In this document: positions 45,001-57,200 of the stretch, one piece after another
How the letters are laid out: the number at the start of each line of letters is the position of its first letter
Numbering within the stretch: the stretch's first letter is position 1
Assembly (NCBI GenBank): GCA_000708835.1
Contig: DF237153.1
Span: forward strand, 1 to 64,000
DNA length: 64,000 bases
Direction: 5' to 3'
Source: Klebsormidium nitens
Lineage: Eukaryota > Plantae > Klebsormidiophyceae
Program-made: the position numbers and the translations under genes
Notes under the pieces: generated by a model
The model's database searches: none
What the model saw: only the letters and a program-made list of their open reading frames with translations
Told to the model about the DNA's origin: nothing

Positions 45001-46689
45001 CAGGCCCTTGATTGTTAGTTGCCTGGGGAGGTTCTGCTGCCTTGTTGTTGTAACCTCAGAATTGCAGGATTCAGGTCAACAAGAAGCATGGCAGCGAGTG
45101 CTGTCCACCTTCGTGACTTCAAACAACAAAGTTGATGACAGGTTGAGAGAAGCCAGTTCATCACAGAACCAAAAAGCGCTCCCTCACGTGGTGAACTTGG
45201 ACTTTGTGCTGCCAGTTCCCATTACGAGGTGCGTGGCCCCAGTCTCTTCCACCAGTGAAAGGATGCCCGACTCACGGTCATCGCACCAGCGAACCATGAA
45301 AGAAGCGGTTACCTGGGGTTGAGAAGAGGTTCATCTTCATGTCAATTTGAATGAAGTAGACAATTCTTAGAAGCTTAAACGCAAAGCCGTTTGAACACTC
45401 CCGAGAATGTTGATCAAAGAACAACAAAATAGCTCAAGAAGGCATGTTCCTGCCAAATGAAATTCTAAGCAACTTGTGCAGAAGCGGGATCCGACTGTTG
45501 CGTAGAGGGAGTGCTGATTTTAAGGGAGCGCTGATTCTGGTAGTTGGGGCTTGGTGGCTTAATTTTACATGCAGCTCTGCTTGAGGAGGCCTGTTGCAAA
45601 CTTGACTTGTCGAACAAACAAGATGAAGGTGCCAACCTCCTACAGTCAGAGCAGTGTGAACAAAGTATTGTGTCACAGAACTGATGAAAAGACGAACACA
45701 GGGCATTAACCTTGCTGGTAAACTCTAAAACTCCTGTCCTTCTAATCATAGCCACAAGACAGAGACTGGACACTTTCAGATGCAAAGTGGGTTCTTCTTG
45801 CTTCCAAGCACTGAACCTTCATACGTCAAGCTCAGAGCTCAAGCTCCCCTTGGCTCAGAGAATTTGGTACCCGCCGCCAGCCTGAGCGGTTGACTTAGTG
45901 TCAACGAATTGTTGGCGCAACAAAGCCGAAGTTATGTTTGCTCATGAAGTTTCTATGGACCAACCCATGGGGATCAATGCAAAGGCAAGGAGCCTCACCT
46001 TCTTCTCCTTGCAGACCTCTTGGTAGTCCTTGAGGAAAATCCCTGCCTTCTCTGTGTCCACCTTCAGGTATGCATTTTGGAACTTGTCCTCCGCCCAAGC
46101 AAAAGGCACTCTTCCCACTGCATTTAAAGAAATGAATGTTCAGCATCCTTCAGTCAGCATTCTTCTGCATGCCCTTCTTTGGAGGACGTTCGGTCAGTAC
46201 GCAGATGGAGGCCACCCACCCTCAGCTCGCTACATGCAAATTTATCTTGAAATTTTCGAGTTCATGGATCATTTCTGGTCAGAGCTTGCTTCAAAGAACT
46301 CAAAGCTATGAAGGCGACTGTAACTGATGATGCCATTAGAGGAACACTGCGATTCAGCAAGGTCTCTTCTCAAAAGAGCCACTCTGATCATTGAGTTCAA
46401 AAGCAGACTCAACAGACTGAGTTCGAAAGCATTCAACAGACTGAGCTGAACAAACCCACACAGGCATCCACTTGGACCAGAGGCCTCCAGGGGGCTCTTA
46501 GGGGTGCTGTTCATACTTACTGGCAGTTGGAATGAGGTCTGGAAACTTCAGGACGTGGCCAAGAACCGCCTCATCTACACCGGGTTTTATGAAAGTAGTA
46601 ATTGCCCAGTGCAGGGCCGCCTTGCATTCAGTATCTTTGTTGTTCTTCAGGGCAACGAGGACCTTCTTGACTTCTTCAGGGGCAGCCAT
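39052..46689 (-). CDS. USP-like domain + coiled-coil + Ser/Thr kinase + U-box protein (plant PUB kinase class), 12 exons
   Basis: Exons 46689-46521, 46117-45999, 45312-45188, 44823-44653, 44341-43736, 43271-43010, 42586-42401, 41960-41760, 41434-41185, 40810-40620, 40179-39967 and 39285-39052, all GT-AG. VLVALK...ALHWAI (USP); [31 protein letters not shown] (kinase); FLCPISH|[17 protein letters not shown]...TSPLTN (U-box). Confidence 0.92.
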
Positions 46690-47750
46690 GCTGGCTGGCT
46701 CCCAACTGCTCAACCCTGGTTTTCAACAAACTCTGGCTAATTTTGCAGCATATGCTCTAGGAATCCTCTAGGAATGTGTCTCAGCCTCTCTGCCCCAGCA
46801 ATGTGCAGACAGGAATGACCTCAACAACGACTTTGCACTAGACCTGAACAACTCGACAACAAATTTGACTTGCAGCGCTTGAATTCAGGGTTTGCTCGCC
46901 AGGACGAAGGCCCTGACCCTGACTAAATTTCCAAAGGCCACCGATCACTCCGCAGTGCTGAATGGATTATTCCTTCAACCTCAAGGGATCGGCAATGATT
47001 TGGAGGAGGAAGGTACCGGTAATTCCAGATGAAACTTCTGCAAAGAAGCGCACCTGGGCTTCAGCTTCTGCCGCTGCTGCACTTTTGAAGGCAGCAAAGG
47101 TCAAACACACTGACACACTCCCTTTGTCAACGCAATGCAAGCTGCATTTTTGTGCATCTTGGCGTCATTCTCAGCTGTTCAAGAACTTGAAGATGATGAG
47201 CTCGCTGCGTGTCCTCGAGAGTGAGGGGGGTCCCCGTCCGACAAAAGGCAACTTTAGTGTGAAAACCCGTTTGCCACCTCTCTTCGCGCGTGGCACCGGT
47301 TATAGTCCCCGGGAGCTTACCCCGAGATGATGCAAGCGCTCACAAAAGGGCCGGAGAATTACGCGGAGAGATTGGTCGGTTCCGGTGTGCCGGGCCCGAC
47401 AGGTTGGGGGCTGGTGACGTGACTGGGGCTTCAAAGCACTTAGGAGCCAATCAAATGGCTCAGCTTGGAATCTTGAACAGAATCTTTGCATCTCATTGCC
47501 TGCTCCGCTGGTGGGAATACCCTACTGAAATCAAGAATCTCAAAGTACTCAAACTCGGAACTTCACAACTCTTGTCCAACGAAAGTCGTGGACAATCTAC
47601 AAAGGAAAGCTCGTGAGTCGTGCCATTGGCATGGGCCACACAGAAGTGGTGTCCTGTCGAGCGCACTCCTACCGGTAGTCCCAGTCCTGGCTCGTGGAGG
47701 AGAACGAGGTCTCAGCATTCGTGGCCTGTAGGGCAGAGCTTGTGCTGGTG

Positions 47751-50700
47751 ATGGAGAAATGGCTGGTGTATGCTGTTTTGATCATCAGCATGTGCGCTGT
47801 TCAAGCTCAGCAAACGATGACTATCCTCAAAGGAGGTGACGCCGCGGTTTCCGATTTTGATTTGATAGTTGATCTTTGTGGGGATGTAGGATTGAATGCT
47901 GAGAGCAGTGTGAATAAATCCTCAACCTGAGACAGAGCACGCATTGCTGGTTCAGCAGAGCTTAGCCAGATTGCTGTGATCGGTCCTGTTCTGCTTCGGC
48001 AAGAAGTCAGTATCTGCAGTGCTTGCAGTCCGAACATTAGGGTTTGGAGACAAACTCATTCTCCGTGCTGAGCTGTTGCCTGAGGACCTTGAGTATACGG
48101 ATTTCAAGAGAATTAAGAGGATTTCCTCTCCTTGCTGTGCAGGTCCCCTCACGTTTTCGGCAGGTCCGAACGAGCCCAAGTACGCAGTCAATTATGTTGA
48201 CGAGGGGAACACAGAGATGGAGGGCGAGGAGGTGACGCAACCTTTCTTAACATCGTTCTCTTTGGCAATTGTGGACTTTGATCGTAAACGAGATGATCTG
48301 TAAAATGTTGTACGGTTCAGAGCTTGTGAACTGTCCTTGTTATCTGTTTGGCTGGGCAACGGGTCTGCACTCAGTAGGAAGCTTGTCGAAGCGCCGATAT
48401 CAGAGCTCTCTGGGAATAGGCTTATCCTTGGGAGTAAGGAAGCTTTCGAGCAATTCTGCCTTTTTTGCTTCATCTGGAATGGCTGACCACTGATTTTTAT
48501 TTCTTCTTCATCTCCCGCACCGCCCGTTCATATCTTATCTGATCTCTACCCGGTTTTTCCAAACTCTATAATCCAAACCCGCACATGCCCTGTACACTCG
48601 GATAGAGGCCCCAGCGAGCCGCATCTTCCTTTTCAAAAGTCCTGATGACCGGCCAGCTTTTGTGACTTTCAAGCTGCACATAGGGGAAGAGGAAAGGATC
48701 CCTCTCTCTCATCCGCTTGGAGCTATTCCCGAAGCTGTAGCCTGCTCTTTGTTGGTATCTTCTGTTCTTCTGCCTTTTACCCAGAAACACTCATCATGGT
48801 GAGATTGAGACGATACTTCCAGGCACATGCATTTATGTTCAGCAAGAGAGGGGTGACGGCACATATACCCTCTTCCTCTCACAGACTCACACAAAGGTCG
48901 GAACGACCACTTCACATCAATTCTTCACCCTCTTCTTTCGTGGTTTGCAGACCTCTCTCCAGAAGGTTGTGATGACTGACAAGGCTGGCAAGAAGTTTCT
49001 CTGCATGCTGCCTGAAGTTAAGGAGGACGAAAGCGAGGGGCATAGCTATCCGTACGCACGAAGGAGCGAAATCAACGGCAGCACCGAAGGGGGGGAAGGG
49101 GGGCCACACAGGCAGCAGTCCCCAGGGGAGGTCCTGAAGGGTCATCGCAATGTGTGCTTCTACCTGGTGAGGGCAAGGGGGGCGTCGTGGACAGTCGAAA
49201 TGTAATTCCGGTTCATGTTTCTTTGGATTACTTTGACATCAAATCTGCTTCCTCTTGAAACGACTTCGAACTTTAAGCCCAATTGATGCTCCTACCTTTT
49301 ATGAAGCTTTCGATTTCATGTGGGACTCTGCTCTGCGACACTCCTTCGAGAACTCAGATGTGGCTCTGATGTACCTGTCAAAATTGCGAGAGGTTTGACG
49401 GCTTGGCCATTGAAACTAAGAGAATGGCTTTCCAAGGCCTAGTAAAACTGGAAGGTGGATGTCCATTTTTATATTGGTTTATATTGACTCGTTTGGTGAA
49501 AGGACACGCGCCCTTCCGGTATGTGTTGATTTCTGTTTGCAACACTGTAGCCTCACTTTGATCGGCAGCCTTTTCTTTAGCAGTCATGCCAGGTCAGCCC
49601 GCTCGTCTCCTCCTTTAGCTGTCCCATTGCTCGACTCGAACGACACGAAAACACTGCACGTACCAGTTTACGGGATTTATGGCGGAACGGCAAGTTTATG
49701 GCAGGATTAAAATGGAATTGAGGGCGATGATGCAGCGCCACAGTCTTGGTGCTTTCTCCTGCCATAGATCTCCATCTCTGACCGTTGGCCGAGTGTGGAG
49801 TCAAAGCACACTCGTTCAGCCGTTGCTCTATTCTTTGGCAGTAGTCTCGATTTTATGTTGAGTTACGGCTATGTTGAGTTAAGTCAGGCCCGGGGAACGG
49901 GTGGGGTTGTTTGGGGGGTTTAGGGTGGGTACGGGTGCGGAGCATGTTAACTTTGGGTTTCTGTTTTTAGTTTGTTTGTGCCCGGGGAACTGATTTTCAA
50001 CATACACCTAAATCAACATAAAATCGAGACTTACTTTTTTGTCTCACAGATCGACGGCTGGTGGACGTACGAGTTCTGTTACCGGAAGCACGTTCGACAA
50101 TTCCACAAAGAGGGGGACAAGGTGAGCATTCCAGGCCGTTCGAGGAAAGCGCACCGATGGGTTGAGAACCTGCAGTCACGCGTTGCGTTCTTGTTGTGGG
50201 GGCTTGACTCATTTCGGTGGTATTCGACGGCTGGCCTTGTGCTTCAGTTTCAGCGAGCGTTTTGGATGGCTTCGCTGATAAGTCTATGATCTTTCCGCCT
50301 TTTAAGTTTTTAGACCCAATGTTTTGCGTGGGGAGTGATCCTTTGGATTCTTTCGACGTTGGCATGCTCTTGAAGCCTTCGTTCGATGCAAAAACTGCTT
50401 AGCTTTGGTTGTATCCACCGGTTCATATCCAATGTCGGGATGGGCTGTCTCATAAAAGTTTCATAATCAGCATCGATATGCAACGGCCGAGCCTGGATGT
50501 GCCCACGGAAAATGGAACTGATGATGGCACCGAGACATGCTGCATGTCTTTATTCGACCAAAGCCGAAAGCAACAAGAAGCTGGCATCGATGAAATCGCA
50601 AAATCCACAATAGTAGCTGAATTACTACGCTGAGATCGCCATTAGTTCTAGTATCCGATCCCCGCAGGTGGTCGCAGACTTTTCTCTCGGGACGTTCGAT

Positions 50701-52082
50701 TCGGACGCCACCGCGGCGCTCTCCGACGGGTCCGAAGTCGGTTTCCAAAAAGAGCCGCAGTCGGCAGAGGCCGCGCTGCGCTACTACAGCCAGGTGTACA
50801 CAAACGGCACGTCGTGCGACCTGACGGATCAGTTGCGCCAAACCGAGGTACGGATTGAATGAGTTGATATAGGGGTCATGGCCTCGGAAGACTAATCCTT
50901 CAATTTCTCTCCAATTAGATTTAGTAAGCTCCTCCTCTAACACCAAGGATATATTCCTAAGAACACCTTCTTCGCACCCGTACCCACCCTAAACCCCGAA
51001 GCTAAGCCTACCCGTCCCAGGCTGGTTGGCTTACTCTATCTGAAGTTTGGCCAAGCTTCGCTAGATTGAAGTCTTACTTGGATCCGAGGGAAGCTCTCAA
51101 AATGCTGACGACTGCTGAAGGAACTCAGGTCGCTCTCCACGCATAAATCCTTGCGCAGCATTCACTCCGGTCGGTGGTGCAAATTTTGCAACTCAACTTT
51201 CGCTCCGACAGATCCTTTTCACTTACAACGGTCCTCAAAAGAACCCAGCTTAATGGGTACCTTCTGTGCAGGTCCGATTCTTCTGCTCGCCCGAGTCCCA
51301 GTCGTACTTGTCCGCAATCTTGGAGCCTGCCACATGTCGATACATCCTCAAATTCCACACGCCTCTGCTCTGCAAACACCCGTAAGTTGCGTCGTAACAC
51401 CGCAGATGTTGAATTTCACGCTCGGCCAGAACCGGAAAGGTGCTGAACTTTCTTGTCGAGGGTACAATGAGGGCGAGGCTGCCCGGTAAAGGTTGTTCTG
51501 GTCTGAAACCTGCCTCTAGATTGGGCAGCACAGCACGGTCCTGTCCGCCACTCTCTAGAGACGAACTGGCAGTCCTGTTTCAGGAAAAGTCTTGCGTTAC
51601 AAAGGGGAGTTAGGTTGCTGAGTCCGCTTGCGTGAACCCGACCGAGGGTGACTTCAAGGGCCTGGTTTTCTGGTTGCGGTGACATGTGCTTCTTCAGTGC
51701 TTGTAGAAATATAGTCCAAGGTGACCACACATGGCCATACTTGTACCTGTAATCTCCCTGTGGTGATCATTTCATAAGAGGCCGTTTGACGACTGCCAGG
51801 GCTTACCAGTAGACCAATGAAGCTAGAGCGGATTAGACGGAATTTACCCCAGCTTTTGTGAGAGGGCCCGCTCGGCTTCCGTTCGATCAAGATGGCCCTG
51901 ATCATGGTAAAGGCAGCCAATCGCTAGCTCTTTGGGCGCTGTGCAGGTTGTACAGGCAAGAGACACGGCCGTGGAGCACGATCCACTGCCGACCCCACGC
52001 GGAAGAAAGCGCCGACGGGGCCAGTGGGCAGTCATCGATGCAGAGAACAGACGAAACACGTGACCTTGTTGAGAAAACATAA
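47751..52082 (+). CDS. OS9: OS-9 ER lectin (MRH/PRKCSH domain), 7 exons
   Basis: Exons 47751-47835, 48143-48231, 48951-49166, 50050-50121, 50668-50847, 51272-51381 and 51947-52082 give a continuous frame. Signal peptide, then KFLCMLP, CFYL|IDGWWTYEFCYRKHVRQFH, YSQVYTNGTSCDLT...TE|VRFFC, EPATCRYILKFHTPLLCKHP. Confidence 0.93.
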
Positions 52083-53729
52083 TGCATTTTAGGCAATATT
52101 GAGTGAGCACGAGCATGAGCAATGTGGTCGATGGCTTCACATCATCAACTTTGCATGCACGTATCCCAGTCCTCAAGCACCGGCAGCTTTTTGATCCTAT
52201 GATACGGTCCTGTCACGACGTTTTGAGAAGCTCAGTGTTCACACCATGCACGCGCCCGTGATCATCCAATGCATGGTACGTAACATTGGGCGGCAGCACT
52301 CGTGGCGCCGGGCGGCCTCCATAGTTGTGTATACATGCCATGTGCATGAGACGGCGGCGATCGGATCTCATTCACCAAGTAGCACCAAGTGATCATCACT
52401 AAGTCATGCATCTAGCTGGCATGCAGCCTGTTTACTAGCTGGCTACTAAAGCTATTGAGCATGGAGAGAATCCGGCCATGGCTTTAGCCGTGGCCGTGAT
52501 CACTTGCATGTACGTGTGTACGTTGCTGAAGACTCATGCAGGTCATGACTGCGGGCCACCGCAATTATTATTTTAAGTACATGACAGAAGCCTGGAGTCG
52601 ACATATAGCCAAGACACGTTCTCTAGCTGCATAAAATCGCGACGGACAGTTGGTGGCCATGGTGAGTTTCAATTGTACATCTTGTCGTTTGATCGCGACC
52701 TTTGCATGGTTGCTGTGCCTCTTCATATTGGTGGATATTGGACAATGTGATATATCCAGCCAGTGACTAGATGTCGGGCCTCTGCTAGCTTGCAGACCGG
52801 CCCCTTACATGAAGCATAATTACAGGCCTCAACACTCTTCTTCCACAGGGTTGACTGCTCCGCACGCGGATGATTCCGCCCCTTGATGAAAATTTCAGAC
52901 GTGTTGCTTCTGCATCGATCTCCAAAGTGCACGCTCTTAATTCTATCCCTTCAATGGATCTTGTCAAGAAGTCGGGCTGTTTCCGTCGAAGCATGACTCG
53001 TACTCTCTATTGGTCTCGCAGGGTTACATGATCCGGGCCTTCAAGTTGGCCAGTCTTCAAATGCAGGCTTTGCAGCCAGGGAGCACATCCCGCTGACTGT
53101 TCTACCCGCATAACAAAGGCATTTGAAGGTCTTATACAAAATTCTACCTATAGGTATACAGAGACAGAAATTAAGTTGACTGTTTGATGCCACTGGATCC
53201 CGACGAAGACGCATCCTGCTTCTTTATCCCTTACCACTTGTATCCAGCTGCCGTTATAAAAGGCCGGCCGCGTCATGTTTCGTAAGTCTCAAGACTTCTC
53301 ACGGAAGGCTACAGATCAACAAGCTACCACCTTTGGGATTGGTGCTCCTATTATCTTTCGACCTGTTATGGCACTGCTCGTGGGCTCCAGGCCCTCCACA
53401 GCAGCCTGGAGCCGAGACCACAACCTCTCCAAATCCTCACCGTACCTCCGCCGCTATCCGGCTAGCCGCTTTGTCCCCTCTTTGTCAGTGCCCTGGATTC
53501 CGCTCCTTCTCAATAATCACCGTAGTAAAAAGAATAACAATGGATGCGAGCCCCAAGTTCTTGACGGGAATTTGCAGCGCGCGCTCGCACTCGCGTTGTG
53601 CTTTAGTCTCTCCTCCCCTCTTTCTTGACTCCCCCTTCCTGCGCCCGCCGACAGTTGACCGCTCGTCAGTCTTGTCGTCTGCAAGGGTGACCAGGCTCTC
53701 CTAATGTCCTGCGCATGCGCACCAGTTGA

Positions 53730-53912
53730 GGGTCTGCGTCCTTTATTGCGTTTAATGATTCGTCTGTGAACACGTGACATTTCTCGGACACAAGTGGCGT
53801 CCGGAGAGTCACGGGGTCCATCTGGCGAAGTTAAGATGTACGAGAAAGATCTTTGAGATGCGGTACGCTCAAAGAAAGCTTTAGATCCGGCCGAGCCAGC
53901 CCGCTACGGATC
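53730..53912 (-). pseudogene. Degenerate U-box exon remnant of the second kinase paralog
   Basis: After cggtcag the minus strand reads ESRFGDP*RAGSAGSKAFFERTASQRSFSYILTSPDG...IIK/(N)AIKD, against [33 protein letters not shown]...IIRSAIKE in paralog 1. Contains a stop and a frameshift. Confidence 0.45.
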
Positions 53913-54290
53913 TCCGAATCTAGACTCCTGACCGTATGTTGGCTGCAAGCACACCAATCCGTCCAGTTTTCCATTTCCATCAGGCGCAACTCTTTTGGAG
54001 GTTGGTGGTTGCTTTGAGGACCACAAATTCTCGAGCTCGGTATCTTCGGAACTTGTTTGGGTACGGCTTAGACTCTCTGGCAAAGAGTGGGGAACGCTTT
54101 GGGTGTCGGTTGTTGAGACTAAGGTCGTTTCTTGCCTCAAGAACCAAGATTGCGTCGAAGTGAGCAAACCGTGCACAAGCGACAGCGGACGGGGCAACGA
54201 CATACAAGCCTGATCTTATCTTCCAAGACAAAATCGTAATAAATTCATAGCGAGAATCGACTCTTCGAAGTCAGTTACCTGTCTGTTAGG

Positions 54291-57200
54291 CTACGAGGAA
54301 ACGCTGGACAGAGCGTCCTCCCCCCCGTTCACCGCCCCGTAGAGCCCCCGGCTAGCCTCCCGGGAGGCGGCCTCCAGGGCCGCGGTACATACCGCCTCTA
54401 GTTCGGGCAGGACCTCCTTCGCCAGATCCGCCCGATCCCGGCGCAGCATCGTGGCGCATCTGAGGCCCAGCTTGGCGACCTGCAGAATAAGGGATGGCAG
54501 TGCTAGGTCGCCAGATTCGAACACTGACCAGAGTGCGTTGAGCTAGAGGGGGACAAAAGTCAGTTTCGGAAGCCGTTTTACGAAGCTGGACTGCTTGAGA
54601 CAAAGCGACGGTAAATTCTTGATTAAGGAGGGAAAAGGTCCTAGTTGGCGGCTGTGCAGAGTGGGTCGTAACAACCGCTTGGAAACGCTGGCGCAACAGG
54701 TCTTGGCCCTAAGCAGCGGAGCAGCGGGCTCTATGACGCGATGACAATTCTCATGTCTATTTGCAAACCAAGGGACCCCAGACACTCAGCTCCTTGTCAC
54801 TCGACTCCATTTTCACATGATACACTTAGGAGTCCCCCGCAATTTTTCCAACCAGCAATCTCGTCGAAACATTCCAGAAAAACCCAAAAGTAGACTCAGC
54901 AGAACGGCCCTCTGTAGCGAAAGCCCCACACCGCTTCAAAAACCAAGGATTCCTGTAAACAGATCACAGTCTTCCCTGCGAGCGCACTCTTCATATATAT
55001 CCGCTTTTGAGCGACAGCAGCTCACGAACGGCTCACCTTAGTCGCCACCTCTTCCGGCCAGCTCCCCGCCGTCCGATCGACCAGCGCCATGACGCGCCCT
55101 TGGTTGAGAGCGTCTTCGACGGCGCCCACGATCTGCTGCGGGGGCCGGTTGGTGAGCAGCTGGAGGAGGCATATGCCGAACGCGTAAACGTCGCTCTTCT
55201 GGTTGAACGTGCCCTGCTGCAAGTATTCTGCAAGATGCGACAGACTTTTGAGTGATTTAGTTTGATGCAGCCAAGATTGCCAGTTTGGGAACGGGTGAGT
55301 TACTTTGGGGGGTTTAGGATGGGTACAAGGATGCGGAGGAAGTGAATTTGACGAGCTATACTGTTAAATTTCGAGCTGATTGGTTCCAACGCTCATCAAG
55401 AGTCCGCAGGGTTAGTGCGCATTTCGTTGGAGTTGATCCCGGCAGGCGTTTTTCGGAAAGCAACGGCTGCAACGATTGTTCTGTATTAAAAATGCGCGGA
55501 TTGATTTGCATCTCTTCTCTGGCGGCGGAGGCATGTTGCAAAAGACTCGGATCAATCTAGGGACAATCTGAAGGAATCGTAACAACCCATTCTACGGAAA
55601 GCTTTTAGTTGCGAAGTTTTCTTACCTGGGTCCATGTAAAGGAGCGTCCCCTGAGGGCGCGTGTCAAACATCAACGTCTGCAAGTTCCCGCTGGAACCTT
55701 GCGCCGCACGCGAGAGTACTGTAGTCGCAAGTTCGGGCGCCACTCTTGCCATGCCGACGTCACCCAGCTTGGCGGTGAGATGCTGGTCGAGCAGAATATT
55801 GGACGGCTTGAGGTCTTTGTGGATGATCATGGGACGAGAAGTATGCATGGCGCGCAGTGCAATCGCGACCTGCGGAAGAAGTGGTTAGGAAAAGGCTTTC
55901 AGGAGTTACTTCAGGAGCTCACTAAGAAAGTGCTTAGGGCCTTAACAACCAGAATCAGAAAGTGGAAGGTTTAGAGTGCAGGGTTGGACGGCTTCAGGTC
56001 CTTGTGGATGATCATGGCGCCGCTCAATCATGATCTGCAGACGAAGTGGTTAGGGGCTTAACCTTTAAGGGTTCCTTCTAAAAAACGGGAATCGGGTGGG
56101 GATCCAGATTCGGACGGCGGGGCTTTGTGGATGACCATTGGACGGGGCGTGTGCATGAAGCGCAGCGCAATCGCAACCCGCGGAGACAATGCTCAGGGTC
56201 TTAACCGTCAGGGTATATCTTCAGGGAATTGAAGCGAGTTTGGCGTCTAGAAATGGGTTGAACGGCTTGAGGTCCTTGTGGATGATCATGGGACGGGACG
56301 TATGCATGGCGCGCAGCGCGATCGCAACCTGCAGAAACAACGTTTGGGGTCTTAACCTTCAGGGGTTACTTTCTGAAGTCGGAGAGTTTAGAGTTTAGGG
56401 TATGATGGCTTCAGGTCCTTGTGGGTGAGCATTGGACGGGACGGGCGCATGATGTGCGGCGCACTCGCAACCTGCAAACGGAATGCGTAGTGCCTCAACC
56501 TTCGGGGGTAGGTTATGGCGAATCGAGATTCAAAGTTCGGGGTTAACCCATTTCAGGCTCATCAAATTGACCCGGGCCGTCGATCCTACACCTTCTATTA
56601 GCACCCCCGGAAGGTGTAGGATATTCTTTGGGCTAGGCGCAGAAAAGAGAAGAACAAAAGGAGCACCAGAGCGTGGGGGAAGTTGAGCGAATCGCAGCCC
56701 GTACCTCAAAGGCGATCCTGATCCTGCTCATGTAATCCAGCGATGCGGAGTGGTCCCTTCTGGCGAGGCGGTCCTCGAGCGACCCGTTGGCGCAGTACTC
56801 GTAGACGAGGCAGCCGCGCTCGGGGCAGCAGCCCATGAGCATCACAATGTGCGGGTGGCGCAGGCCACTCAGGATCTCCACCTCGCGCTGGAACTCGTCG
56901 GGACCCTGGAAAAACGGGTTACGTGGAGGTATGGGATTCAAATCGGTCGACAACATGTTCCTGGCGACGGTTTACACCGACGGTATACCTGAACTGTAAT
57001 CTCCAAGAAGCAGTCCGTCGATTTCCCAAGTATTTTCTAACCCCGGCGCAGTACGCGGATGGCATGAAAACTTGGGGCATAGAAGGCGGATGGCGCAAGA
57101 TACTTGGAGTTTTCACCTCGCGCTGAATTAAAATGGGGCTTGCAAAAGCGGATCCAGGAACGTGACTTAGTTGGTATAAATGCAATGAAAGCACTTGAAT

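Noticed and set aside
53995-54213. Plus-strand ORF as a last OS-9 exon
   Set aside because: OS-9 is already completed by exons 51272-51381 and 51947-52082, which carry the expected C-terminal motifs and a stop.
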